Source: an uncultured Planctomycetaceae bacterium (lineage in GTDB: Bacteria > Planctomycetota > Planctomycetia > Isosphaerales > Isosphaeraceae). From it: a stretch of DNA of 64,000 bases. Of this stretch, positions 10,389-19,951 are shown one piece after another. Each line of letters starts with the position of its first letter. The first letter of the stretch is position 1. The notes beneath the pieces are model-generated. The model was given only the letters and a program-made list of their open reading frames with translations. It ran no database searches and was not told where the DNA came from. Position numbers and translations under genes: made by a program. The DNA is taken from positions 4,978,959 to 5,042,958 of the forward strand of contig OY970189.1 of the NCBI GenBank assembly GCA_963708145.1, given 5' to 3'.

Positions 10389-10684
10389 TGAAACGGAGGG
10401 GTGACATGGACCCGCGCCTGGATCGATCGGAAGACCTCCGCCCGAGGTTCCTCCGCATGGACCTGGAGATGGAGTGGCAGAGCGTCGTCAACGAGGGCCC
10501 GCCCCGTCGCGACGCCTTCCCCCGTGCGCCGGCACCCCGTGCACGGGCGCGGAGGGGCCCTGGGCCTGCCGCGTCGGGAGCTGGCTCTTCCTCCAGGGGG
10601 GCATGAGCGCCATCCTCCTGCTGGGGCTGATGGCGTTCGGCCTCATCGGCGCGTTCCTCAGCTATTGAGGCGCGGTCGCCCCGA

Positions 10685-11056
10685 TCACGCCGCTTGCGAC
10701 GCGATCGACCGCCTCACGGACCTTTCCGCCGCCGCCCGGATCGCGGGCCAGTCGCGCCGCCCATCCGGGCGCGTCACCCGATCTCGCGGCATCCTCGCCA
10801 GCAGGAGGCGCGCGGATCGCGCCGTGCGCGCCTGCGCCGGGATGAAGATGACGGCGATCTGGCCGTTGAAGCCCGCCGCGCGGTCCACCCGCCCCTCCTC
10901 GGTCAGCTTGCCGTACAGCGGCTTGGCCGCGTAGCGGCCGAGGAGCCGCCCCCCGTCGCGGACCTCGCGGAACTCGCCGTGGTGGAGCGGATACCGAAAG
11001 TAGTGCGCGAACCCCGGGACCCGTCGCAACCCGCCCAGGTCGAAGTTCTTGAACAT
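10685..11056 (-). CDS. hypothetical protein (123 aa)
   Basis: ORF MFKNFDLGGLRRVPGFAHYFRYPLHHGEFREVRDGG...; protein-like composition in N-terminal 80 aa, C-terminus Arg/Ala-rich; no family recognised. Confidence 0.35.
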   Translation of the reverse strand: MFKNFDLGGLRRVPGFAHYFRYPLHHGEFREVRDGGRLLGRYAAKPLYGKLTEEGRVDRAAGFNGQIAVIFIPAQARTARSARLLLARMPRDRVTRPDGRRDWPAIRAAAERSVRRSIASQAA

Positions 11057-11239
11057 GCGGCGCCTCCGTCGATCTGGGCGATGCCCGGGTCGATTGCCTG
11101 CATCTGGCGGGCCATGTCATGACCTTCTCGGGAGCCGATGTCCCCGGGCCCTTGACCGTGGGGCGAACCTCCCTCACAGTCAGGGTTCGGGACGGACAGC
11201 CCTGCGAGGGTGAGCCGGATCGGAGATGCCGTGTTGCAC

Positions 11240-11430
11240 ATGTCCTATGCCCTGTCGAAGACCCGGAGGGACCTCACCACAAAGGTACGAAGGACACAAA
11301 GACAGACACAAAGGGAAGAGTTGGAGCCAGATCGGAAGGGGGGATCACTCCCGTCGTCTTGTCTTTGTGTCTGTCTTTGTGTCCTTCGTGCCTTTGTGGT
11401 GAGATCTTCGACGGAACACACGCCCTACGG
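11240..11430. repeat. MITE-like palindromic repeat, family 1, copy 2
   Basis: tcaccacaaaggtacgaaggacacaaagacagacacaaag ... gtctttgtgtctgtctttgtgtccttcgtgcctttgtggtga; same architecture as 645-822. Confidence 0.5.
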
Positions 11431-11443
11431 AGAGGAGACGACC

Positions 11444-13636
11444 ATGCGGCGGCGTCGCGTCTTGCTCGGCATCCTCCTGGCCTCGGCCTCCTGCCTCGCG
11501 CCGAATGCCACGACGGCCCAACCGCCCGGCCCCCTGAACCAACTTGACCTGCCCCCTCGCGCGCATCTGCCCGGCTTCCCCCCGGCATGTTCTTCGGCGG
11601 AGGGGACGACGGCCGGCTGACGTTCCAATGGCCCATCGAAGGCGGCGAGACCGGGCGCCTCGTGCTCGACCTCCGCCCCGGCGAGCCCTTGATCGCAAGC
11701 CTGGGCATCGTCGCCGCCGACTTCGCCGGTCCGGCCGAGGTCGTCAGTCGCGCCGATCCGATGTTCTTCCTGACCGTCGGCACCCGCGCCGCCCCCCCCG
11801 GACGGCCGCCGGGGATGAGCCCGTTCAACATGTTCTTCGACTCGCCCGCCAAGAGGCCCCACCAGTCGTACCGCTCGCGGCTGGACCTGAAGCGGGTCGC
11901 GTTCCTCCGCCGAGGGCCTCGGCTCACGATCCGGGTCGACGACCTCTCCGCCGGCCCGTTCTCCGGCGAGCTGCGGATCGACGCGTCTACAGCGGGTCCC
12001 GGCTGGTCCACGTCGAGGCCGTCGTGAGCACGCAGGAGAACGACCGGGCGTTCCTCTACGACGCCGGGCTCGTCGCCGACGATCGCCGCGCTGGCGGCGG
12101 GTCGCCTGGATCGACACCGAGGGCAGGCGCCATCGCGAGGACGCCGACGCCCGGCCGCCGACCGCTCCCTGTCCGTCCGCCATCGGGCGATCGTCGCCGA
12201 GTCCGACGCGGGCGCACTCGCGTGCTTCCCGCCGCCGCACCAGTACTTCTTCCCGCGCGACCTCACCGACAACCTCCGCTACCGTCTGGACGGGCCGCGG
12301 CCATCGCGGGCTGGACGATCGCGCCGGGTTCGGCATCCGGCAGTCGGAGACGGGCGGCGGCAACTACGCCCCCTGGTTCAACGCGCCGCCCGGGACCGAG
12401 CAGCAGCTTCGGGCGTCTTCTACCTGCTGTCGCGGGGCACGGCCGAGGACGCCCTGCGCGAGGCGCTCCGCTACACCCACGGCGACCGCTTCCCCGACCT
12501 GCCGGGCTACCGGACCTTCACGAGCCACTGGCACATGGCGATCGCGCTGGCCGCGATGAAGGAGCAGCGCCGAGAGGACAGGTCGGACGATCGCCCGACT
12601 TCGTCCGGATGTTCAAGGACATGGGCGTCAACATCGTCCACCTGGCCGAGTTCCACGGCGACGGCCACCCGCGCGACCCCGGCCCGCTCCGCCTGCCCGA
12701 GATGGAGGCGATGTTCGCCGAGTGCCGCCGGCTCTCCGACGCCGAGCTCGCTGCTCCTGCCCGGCGAGGAGGCGAACGTCCACCTCGGCACCGCGGCCCG
12801 GCAAGACGCCCGGCCACTGGCTCTACCTCTTCCCCCGGCCCGTCTACTGGACGATGACGCGACGGCCGGGCGAGCCGTTCGTCGAGGAGGTCCCGCCCTA
12901 CGGCACGGTCTACCACGTCGGGCGACGAGGCGGACATGCTCCGCCTGCTGGAGGCCGAGCACGGCCTGGCCTGGACGGCGCACCCGAGGATCAAGGCGTC
13001 GAACTGGACGCCCGGACGCCTACAGGACGAGCCTTCTTCAAGTCCGACCGCCTGGCTCGGCGCCGCGTGGAAGGCGATGCCCGCCGACCTCTCGCGCTCG
13101 CGGCTCGGCGACCGGGCGCTCGACCTGCTCGACGACATGGCCAACTGGGGCGGGCCGCAAGTACGTGCTCGGCGAGGTCGACGTCTTCAAGATCGACCAC
13201 ACGCACGAGCTCTACGGCCACATGAACGTCAACTACCTCAAGCTCGACCGCCTGCCCCGGTTCGACGACGGCTGGCGCCGGTGCTCGACGCCCTGCGCGA
13301 CGGGCCGGTTCTTCGTGACGACCGGCGAGGTCCTGCTCCGCGACTTCACCGTCGGCGGCAAGGCGAGCGGCGAGACCCTCGCGGCGACCGGCCAGCTCCC
13401 GTCGAGGTGCGGATCGACCTGGAATGGACCTTCCCGCTGCGGTTCGCCGAGGTGATCTCGGGCGACGGCAAGACGGTCTACCGCGAGCGGATCGACCTGT
13501 CCGACACGGGCCCCTTCGGCCGTCGGACGCTGACGCTGCGGCGCCCGACCTGCGGGGCCGGACGTGGGCCCGCGTCGAGGCGTGGGACGTCGCCGGCGAC
13601 GGCGCCTTCACCCAGCCGGTCTGGCTCCAGGAGTGA
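11444..13636 (+). pseudogene. large secreted hypothetical protein, coding sequence shattered over all three frames (at least 6 frame changes)
   Basis: SD ggagaggag + ATG; signal peptide MRRRRVLLGILLASASCLAP; protein-like pieces in alternating frames (FQWPIEGGETGRLVLDLRPGEPLIASLGIVAADFAGPAEV..., MFKDMGVNIVHLAEFHGDGHPRDPG..., KYVLGEVDVFKIDHTHELYGHMNVNYLKLDRLPRFDDGW..., WARVEAWDVAGDGAFTQPVWLQE*). Confidence 0.55.
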
Positions 13637-13643
13637 CGAATTG

Positions 13644-14969
13644 GGCCAAGTCCCAGCGACACCCGGTCAGTTGGAACGAGGATCGATGGCAAGTCCCAGC
13701 AACTCCCGGTCACTCGCTGGACCCCCTGCGAGGCGGCCGATAGGCCACTTCGCGGAGCAGCGGCTGTCGGCCCGGCTCGCGCCGCCTCAGGGCGTAGGAC
13801 CGGACCCGACCGGCGTCGAGGTCGGCCTCGGCACGGACCAAGCGGTGGCGCCATGTCGCGGCGACCGCGAACCGCCGCCCCAGCGACCCCACGGCCCCTC
13901 GCTCGCCGGTCCGTCGCGGGCAGACGATCCGGCCGAGCGGGTGGGCCTGGAGGCCCGGTTGCCGGCCTTCGGGCCACGGCCGCCGGTGAGGGGCCGCCTC
14001 GATCCGCGCCGCGGCCCGCGCCCGGCCTGCGGCCGCGCACCGGGCCGAGCCGCGCGCAGGCCCTCCAGCGACTCGTGGGTGGACCGGGCCCGGACCTCGG
14101 CCTGCCGGCGGCCGTTGTAGCGCTCGATGGCCGCCCGGGACCCGGTCTCCCGGGGCGGGGCGAACACCGGGACGATGCCCGGGCCCGGGCACAGCCGCAT
14201 GACCCGGCCGACGACGTCCTCGTGCTGGTGCGCCCCCGGGCAGATCGTGTCGTCGTCGAACCGCGCAGCCCGGCGGACCGGCGGCGCGCCAGTGCTCGAT
14301 CAAGGCATCGACGGCCGCCTCGGCGGTCACCGCGGCCATCGGCCACGAGCCGACCAGGCCGCCGTGCAGCGCGGTGGCGTTGAGCACCTCGACGTGAACG
14401 CCGCCTTTGATGACCGGCCCCTCGACGATGTCGAAGCTGTCCGGCTCCTCGCGCCGTGCGGCCACACCGGGCCGGTACCAGCCCGGCGGCGGTGCGGGGC
14501 GGCGGGCGCGGCGGCCGCCCGGGGCCCCGCGGCGCTCCAGGCGGCGGTTGATGGTGCCCAGCGGCGGGGCCGGGCGGTCGCCCCGCGCCTCCGAGGCGTC
14601 GCGGATGGCGCGGGCGCCGCACTCGCCCCGGTCGCTTTGGGACTTCAACTCGGCACGGAGGCTCAGCACGAGGTCCTCCAGCCCCGGGTTGGGGCGGTTG
14701 GCTGGCTGGCGCGGCCCGTCGGGTCGATCCGCCCGATCGGCGCGGTCGAGTCGCTGCCCCCCGGCCCGCGCGACCCAGGGCCGGACGGTGGACAGGGCCG
14801 CGCCAGGGCGGCGGGCGACCTGGCGCGACGGGGCGCCGCGGAGTACGGCGGCGACCGTCTCGCGACGACGTTCCTGGGAGCGGTTTTCGAGCCACGGGAG
14901 CCCCCGGTGATTGGGGTTTTATCGAAATATTAGCAAATTCAACTGACCGATAGTTGCTGGGACTTGGCC
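13644..14969 (-). mobile_element. IS481-family insertion sequence (about 1.33 kb)
   Basis: Terminal inverted repeats ggccaagtcccagcgacacccggtcagttgg (13644-) and revcomp at 14936-14969 (ccaactgaccgatagttgctgggacttggcc); partial inner duplicate of the left repeat at 13692-13720; transposase on minus strand. Confidence 0.7.
13710..14912 (-). CDS. IS481-family transposase (HTH + rve integrase core), frame-disrupted
   Basis: Minus-strand translation LPWLENRSQERRRETVAAVLRGAPSRQVARRPGAALSTVRPWVARAG (IS481-type HTH), PPGWYRPGVAARREEPDSFDIVEGPVIKGG and VHVEVLNATALHGGLVGSWPMAAVTAEAAVDALIEHW (DDE core-like). Confidence 0.6.
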   Translation of the reverse strand, partial: NHRGLPWLENRSQERRRETVAAVLRGAPSRQVARRPGAALSTVRPWVARAGGQRLDRADRADRPDGPRQPANRPNPGLEDLVLSLRAELKSQSDRGECGARAIRDASEARGDRPAPPLGTINRRLERRGAPGGRRARRPAPPPGWYRPGVAARREEPDSFDIVEGPVIKGGVHVEVLNATALHGGLVGSWPMAAVTAEAAVDALIEHWRAAGPPGCAVRRRHDLPGGAPARGRRRPGHAAVPGPGHRPGVRPAPGDRVPGGHRALQRPPAGRGPGPVHPRVAGGPARGSARCAAAGRARAAARIEAAPHRRPWPEGRQPGLQAHPLGRIVCPRRTGERGAVGSLGRRFAVAATWRHRLVRAEADLDAGRVRSYALRRREPGRQPLLREVAYRPPRRGSSE

Positions 14970-15026
14970 GCTGATGACTGACGACCGCCCGCCCCGCGCC
15001 CGATTCCCGAAGGGACCTCGCGACCG

Positions 15027-15694
15027 ATGACGAACCCTGAGCCCCTGCCGGCCCCCGAGGCGATCGCCCGCCGCCGCGCGACCCAACGGTTCGACCCGTC
15101 GCGGCCGGTCGCCGACGACCTCCTGAAGCGGGTCCTCCACCTGGCGACGTTCGCGCCGTCGGGGTTCAACCTCCAGCCCTGGCGGTTCGTCGTCGTCCGC
15201 GACGGCCGCAACCGCCGGAAGCTGATGGGCTGCGCCTTCAACCAGCCCAGGGTGGGCGAGGCGCCCGCGGTCGTGATCGTGCTCGGCTACCACGATCCCG
15301 ACCGCAGCCACCTGGGCCCGATGGTCGACCGGATGCTCGCGATCGGGGCGATCGCCCCCGGGGCCGCCGCCGAGCTGCGGCGCGGGCCTCCCGCGCGATG
15401 GACCGCGTCGCCGACCGCGCCCTCTGGGCGACCCGCTCGACGATGCTCGCCGCGGCCTCGTTGATGATCGCGGCCGAGTCGCTCGGCCTGAATTCCGCCC
15501 CGATGGAAGGCTTCGACCCCGCCAAAGTCAAAGAGGCGTTCGGCGTCCCCGACGACCACACCATCTGCTGCCTGATCGCCCTGGGCTGCGCCGCCGAGGC
15601 GAAGCCCTTCCCCGGCCGGTTCCCGCTGGAGGACGTCTGCTACGAGGAGCACTTCGGCCGGCCCTGGACTCTGGGCGAATTCGAGGAGTGCTGA
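15027..15694 (+). CDS. nitroreductase family protein; apparent frameshift near 15390
   Basis: RRRATQRFDPSRPVADDLLKRVLHLATFAPSGFNLQPWRFVVVRD then (shift) ALWATRSTMLAAASLMIAAESLGLNSAPMEGFDPAKVKEAFGVPDDHTICCLIALG. Confidence 0.85.
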
Positions 15695-15695
15695 G

Positions 15696-15750
15696 TGCTT
15701 CGGAGAGTGCTGAGTGCTGAGTGCTGAATGCTGAGTCTTCGTAGCCTTCG
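15696..15750. repeat. short tandem repeat (AGTGCTG-like units)
   Basis: gagtgcttcggagagtgctgagtgctgagtgctgaatgctgag between nitroreductase stop and IS630-A terminus. Confidence 0.3.
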
Positions 15751-15757
15751 TAGTGGG

Positions 15758-16560
15758 TCATGTGGCTTGCGCGTGGCCATAACCGGTCCCCGCCTGCCAT
15801 AAGACAGGCAGACGTGTGCATGCCCCCGAGCCGCCGATGCGGTGACGACGCTCGCGCTGCCGCTGCCGGCGAGCCGCCCGCTTGCCGCCCCGCTCGGACG
15901 GCGTCGGGGCCTGATCCCCGTGCCGCGCCGCCGCCTCGAACCGGGCGATGATCGGGCCGGTGTCGCCCGGGTGCTGGCCGTCCGGCGCCCGCCGCTTGAG
16001 GATCCGCTGCGGCTCTCGGCCCCGGTCAGCCACGACCCGCCCGCCGGCGCGGACAGCGGCATGATCCCGTGCGCCAACAGCCAGCAGACCAACTCCGGCG
16101 CCTTGTGGCCGGCGAGGTCATCGAGCACCGGGGGCATCCGCAGCGGCGGCAGCCCCGAGAGCCGGGTCGGCCTGATCGAGAGGCCCTCCTGCCAGCGTCC
16201 CCAGGCCGCACGCCACCCCCCGGCGGGCTCGGCGGGCGGGTCGGGCATGCCGGCCAGGACCTCGGCCAGCTGCCGCTTGAGCCAGGGGTGCAGGACCGCG
16301 TTGGGGCCGGCCGTCACACCGTGCAGGCGGACGTGGCCGTCGGCGGGTCGGGACAGCGCCAGGGCCTTGGCCGTCCCCGCTCGCAGGGACTCGTGCGGCG
16401 AGCGGGCCGGGTCGCCCTCGGGCCGCCAGGAGTGGCCCGGGTAGGGGATCGCCCGGGAGGGCCCGGCCTGGTCGGTGCACCGGACCGCCGGCCCCATGGC
16501 CGCGCCCAGCCGGTAGGCGTCCCCGATCACCTCTCTTTCGCGCCCGCATCCGGGTCGGTG
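15758..16560 (-). CDS. IS630-A transposase DDE part (orfB), further frame change near 15930
   Basis: REVIGDAYRLGAAMGPAVRCTDQAGPSRAIPYPGHSW...VLDDLAGHKAPELVCWLLAHGIMPLSAP then REPQRILKRRAPDGQH...GYGHAQAT* in another frame. Confidence 0.65.
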
Positions 16561-17033
16561 ACCACCGCCGGCCCGGCCTCGCGCCGCCGGGGCGCCGTGC
16601 CGGTCGGGCACCAGGTGCGGCGGCGCTGGGAGCTGGCCCCGGCCGCGCGGAGGGCGCGCCGGATCGTGTAGGTCGAGACCCGCGGCAGGCCGTCGGGCGC
16701 CGCGCGGAGTGACCGGCGCGGCGTCGTGAGCGACCCGCTCGCGGCGCCGTCGCCCTCGGGGGTCGGCGCTCGGACGGCCTCGGCCACGATCCGCCCGGTC
16801 GCCCCCGGGCCGTCGGTCGGCCGCCGCCCGCCGCCGTGGCGGGGCGCCAGGGCGGCGAGGCCCTCGGCGTTGAAGCGGGCGGCGCGGTGGGCGACGGCCA
16901 GGAGCATGGTGGCCCGGGCGACCTCGACGGCGGGTGCGGCCCGGGACCGGCTGAGTTGGGCCAATTCGTCGCGCTCGGCGTCGGTGAGGGGCCGGAGCGG
17001 ATCCTTCTTGCGGCGGGACATGGCGGCCTCCAT
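16527..17033 (-). CDS. IS630-A transposase N-terminal (HTH) part, orfA
   Basis: MEAAMSRRKKDPLRPLTDAERDELAQLSRSRAAPAVEVARATMLLAV...FNAEGLAALAPRHGGGRRPT; ends GAKER* where an extra A would fuse to REVIGDAYRLG (DDE part). Confidence 0.8.
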   Translation of the reverse strand: MEAAMSRRKKDPLRPLTDAERDELAQLSRSRAAPAVEVARATMLLAVAHRAARFNAEGLAALAPRHGGGRRPTDGPGATGRIVAEAVRAPTPEGDGAASGSLTTPRRSLRAAPDGLPRVSTYTIRRALRAAGASSQRRRTWCPTGTAPRRREAGPAVVTDPDAGAKER

Positions 17034-17102
17034 GGGGCGGGAGGCCGCTCATCATACCACGTGGGTCCGGTTATGGCCACGGGCAAGCCACATGACCCAC
17101 TA

Positions 17103-18328
17103 GTAGTGCGTCACGAGCCAATTTTCGGGTAAGATGACCTCCCTGACCAGGGCGCATTGTTGTGTCAGGGAGGGTGATCGTGGCGAAGAAGTACGTGTTG
17201 AAGCTGACGGCCCAGGAGCGAGCGGAACTGCAAGGCCTCGTCCGCAAGGGGAGGGTCGCCGGGTGGAAGGTGCGACGGGCGCAAGCCCTGCTCCAGTGCG
17301 ACCAGGGTCAGGACGGACCGGCCTGGACCGACGAACGCATCGCCGAGGCGTTCGGGATCACCACCCGCAGCCTGGAGTCGTGGCGCAAGCAGGCCGTCGA
17401 ACGCGGCCCGCTGTCGCTGCTGGAGCGCAAGCCCCGCATCGCGCCCGCCGTGACGCCCAAGCTCGACGGCGAGAAGCAGGCCCGGTTGACGGCGCTGGCC
17501 TGCTCGAAGGCCCCCGAGGGGCACGCCCGCTGGTCGTTGCGGCTCCTGGCCGAACGCCTGGTCGAGCTGGAGGTCGTCGCGTCGATCGCGCACGAGACCG
17601 TGCGCCGCGCTCTCAAAAAGCGCGCTGAAGCCCTGGCTCAAGTCGATGTGGTGCATCCCGCCGGGTCAGGACGCGGCCTTCGTGTGCCAGATGGAGCAGG
17701 TGCTGGAGGTCTACAAGCGGCCCTATGATCCGAGGCGGCCGGTCGTCGGCATGGACGAGCAGCCCAAGCAGTTGATCGCCGAGGTGCGACGACCGATCCC
17801 GGCGGCGCCCGCCCGCCCGGAGCGGGTGGATTACGAGTATGTCCGCGAGGGGACGTGCGTGGTGTGGATGTTCGTCGAGCCGCTGGGTGGCTGGCGGGAC
17901 GTACGCGTCACGGACACCAAGACGGCCGTGGATTGGGCGCAGCAAGTCCGGCTCCTTGTGGACGACCCACGATACGCCGAGGCCGAGCGGATCACGTTGG
18001 TCTGCGACAACCTGAATACGCACGGTCTGGCCTCGCTGTACCAGGCATTCGAGCCGGCCGAGGCGTTGCGGATCGCGAACAAGCTGGAGTTGGTCCATCC
18101 GCCGAAGCACGGCAGTTGGCTCAATGTTGCGGAGCCGGAGTTGAGCGTGCTGACGCGCCAGTGCCTGGACCGGCGGATCTCCTGCCGGGAGGAGGTGGCG
18201 AGCGCGTCCACGGCGTGGGACGAGCGGCGCAACGCGCGTCAGGTGGGCATCGAGTGGCAGTTCACCACCGAGGACGCCCGGATCAAGCTGAGGCATCTCT
18301 ACCCGAATATTAAAGAGTGACACACTAC
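17103..18328 (+). mobile_element. IS630-family element B (1226 bp, TA-flanked)
   Basis: TIR gtagtgcgtcac / gtgacacactac; shares TA 17101-17102 with IS630-A and TA 18329-18330 with IS630-C fragment; complete transposase. Confidence 0.85.
17162..18320 (+). CDS. IS630-B transposase (HTH + DDE); orfA/orfB joined by a +1 shift at ctcaaaaag (17612-17620)
   Basis: orfA ...WSLRLLAERLVELEVVASIAHETVRRALKK; orfB ALKPWLKSMWCIPPGQDAAFV...LVCDNLNTHG...SWLNVAEPELSVL (DDE). One extra A in the A5 run gives continuous ETVRRALKKALKPWLKSMWCIPP. Confidence 0.85.
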
Positions 18329-18415
18329 TAGTGGTGCTTCAACCTTTAATGTGTGGGTAGAGATGCCTCAGCTTGACCCGGGCATCCGCCGTCGTGAACT
18401 TCCAGACCACCCGAC

Positions 18416-19951
18416 GTAGGCGTTCAAGGCCCATTGTTGCTTCCTGGGTGCGATCACAGTAGAACGGCGGCATGAAGGAGCAGCCACCACTGCCTGAGCC
18501 ACTCTGGGATACTCTCTCCGTCGAAGCCCAGGCGGCTGTCTCGGCCTTGGTCCGATGCCTGGAGCAGAGGATCGCCGATCTGGAGGAACGGCTCGGCAAG
18601 AACTCCACCAATTCCTCCAAGCCGCCCTCCTCCGATCCCCCCTCGGTCAAGCGGCGACCCCCGGCCCCCGCCACGGGCAAGAAGCGGGGCGGGCAACCCG
18701 GCCATCATCGCAAAGTCCGCTCACTCGTACCGCCCGAGCAACTCCGCCAGGTCATCGACTGCAAGCCGCCCGAGTGCCGCTGGTGCCGCACCGCCCTCTC
18801 CGGTGACGACCCCGAGCCGATCCGGCACCAGGTCGCAGAGGTGCCACCGGTCCAGCCGACGGTGGACGAGTACCGGCTCCATCGCCTCATCTGCCCCCGA
18901 TGCCGCACCTCGACCTGTGCGACCCTGCCGCCTGGCGTACCCCGAGGGGCGTTCGGCCCCCGCCTACGGGCGATCCTCAGCGTCCTGGTCGGAGGCTACC
19001 GCCTGGGCAAGCGTCCGGCCCGCCAACTGGTCTTCGACCTGCTGGGCCTGACGATCTCCATCGGCATGATCGCCCGGTTGGAGCGGCAAGCCGCCGAGGA
19101 GTTGGAGGCTCCCGTCGAGGAGCTACGCCAGTACGTCCGCACTGCCGCCGTGGCCCACATCGACGAGACCTCGTGGTGGCAGGGCCGGGAGAAGATGTGG
19201 CTCTGGGCGGCGGTGACCCGGGCGGTGACGGTCTTCACGATCGCCCCGGGCCGGGGGGCCGACGTCGCCAGGGAGATGCTGGGGGCCGACGACCGTAAGG
19301 TCGTCGTCAGCGACCGATCCCGCAGCTACCTGTGGATCAAGCGACGTCAGTTCTGTTGGGCCCATCTGAATCGAGATTTCCAGGCGATGGTCGATCGGGG
19401 CGGCGAGCCCGCCGAGGTCGGTCGGCTCCTGCTGGGCCACACTGTCCGACTGTTCGACTGGTGGCACCGGGTGCGGGACGGGACGATGGCCCGGGCCACG
19501 CTGCGATCGAAGGTGGCGATGATGAGGCTCTCATTCCGGGACGGCCTGCGCCGTGGGCTGGGATGCGGCAGCCCGAAGACGGCGGCGACATGCCGGGAGT
19601 TGCTGGCGGGTGAGAAGCACCTGTGGACGTTCGTGCGAGTCGAGGGCGTGGAGCCGACGAACAACGACGCCGAGCGTGCGTTGAGACACGGTGTGATCTA
19701 CCGCAAGACGAGCGGCGGCACCGACAGCGAGGCGGGGAGCCGGTTCGTGGAGCGGATTCTCAGCGTGGTGGCGACGTGCCGCCAACGGGAGACCAATGTG
19801 CTGGAGTACCTGACCCGGTGCTATCAGGCCAGCCTGGAAGGTCAGACGGTGCCGTCACTGCTCCCTGCCGCCACCAACACTCAAGCCGCCTGATTGCCCA
19901 TCGTCACACTGGCCAAGCCATGAAGCCCAACATTGGGCCTTGAACGCCTAC
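18416..19951 (+). mobile_element. IS66-family element (single-ORF type) with 8-bp target duplication
   Basis: TIR gtaggcgttcaaggcccattgttgcttc / gaagcccaacattgggccttgaacgcctac; direct repeat cacccgac at 18408-18415 and 19952-19959; inserted in IS630-C orfB. Confidence 0.85.
18472..19893 (+). CDS. IS66-family transposase
   Basis: 473-aa intact ORF: leucine-zipper N-term, zinc-finger CPRCRTSTC/CRWCRT, DETSWWQGREKMWLWAAV, NNDAERALRHGVIYRKTSGG motifs typical of IS66 TnpC. Confidence 0.9.
   Translation: MKEQPPLPEPLWDTLSVEAQAAVSALVRCLEQRIADLEERLGKNSTNSSKPPSSDPPSVKRRPPAPATGKKRGGQPGHHRKVRSLVPPEQLRQVIDCKPPECRWCRTALSGDDPEPIRHQVAEVPPVQPTVDEYRLHRLICPRCRTSTCATLPPGVPRGAFGPRLRAILSVLVGGYRLGKRPARQLVFDLLGLTISIGMIARLERQAAEELEAPVEELRQYVRTAAVAHIDETSWWQGREKMWLWAAVTRAVTVFTIAPGRGADVAREMLGADDRKVVVSDRSRSYLWIKRRQFCWAHLNRDFQAMVDRGGEPAEVGRLLLGHTVRLFDWWHRVRDGTMARATLRSKVAMMRLSFRDGLRRGLGCGSPKTAATCRELLAGEKHLWTFVRVEGVEPTNNDAERALRHGVIYRKTSGGTDSEAGSRFVERILSVVATCRQRETNVLEYLTRCYQASLEGQTVPSLLPAATNTQAA

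Larger units (their letters stand above)
15753..17100 (-). mobile_element. IS630-family element A, copy 1 (1348 bp, TA-flanked)
   Basis: Ends gtgggtcatgtggcttgcgcgtggccataaccgg ... ccggttatggccacgggcaagccacatgacccac; TA at 15751-15752 and 17101-17102; about 98% identical to copy at 25562-26971 but lacks a roughly 63-bp segment in orfA. Confidence 0.85.

Noticed and set aside
13692-13720. Second partial copy of the IS481-like left inverted repeat (ggcaagtcccagcaactcccggtcact) 50 bp inside the element
   Set aside because: Likely an internal duplicated transposase-binding subsite, not a separate element boundary.
12991-14895. 634-aa minus-strand ORF spanning the secreted gene and IS481-like element
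   Set aside because: Low-complexity RG-rich translation; the genuine transposase lies in other minus frames.
17611-17625. Classical -1 programmed ribosomal frameshift site in IS630-B
   Set aside because: Frame arithmetic shows orfB is +1 relative to orfA and the run is A5 (caaaaag), not an X_XXY_YYZ heptamer; a missing A is the more parsimonious explanation.
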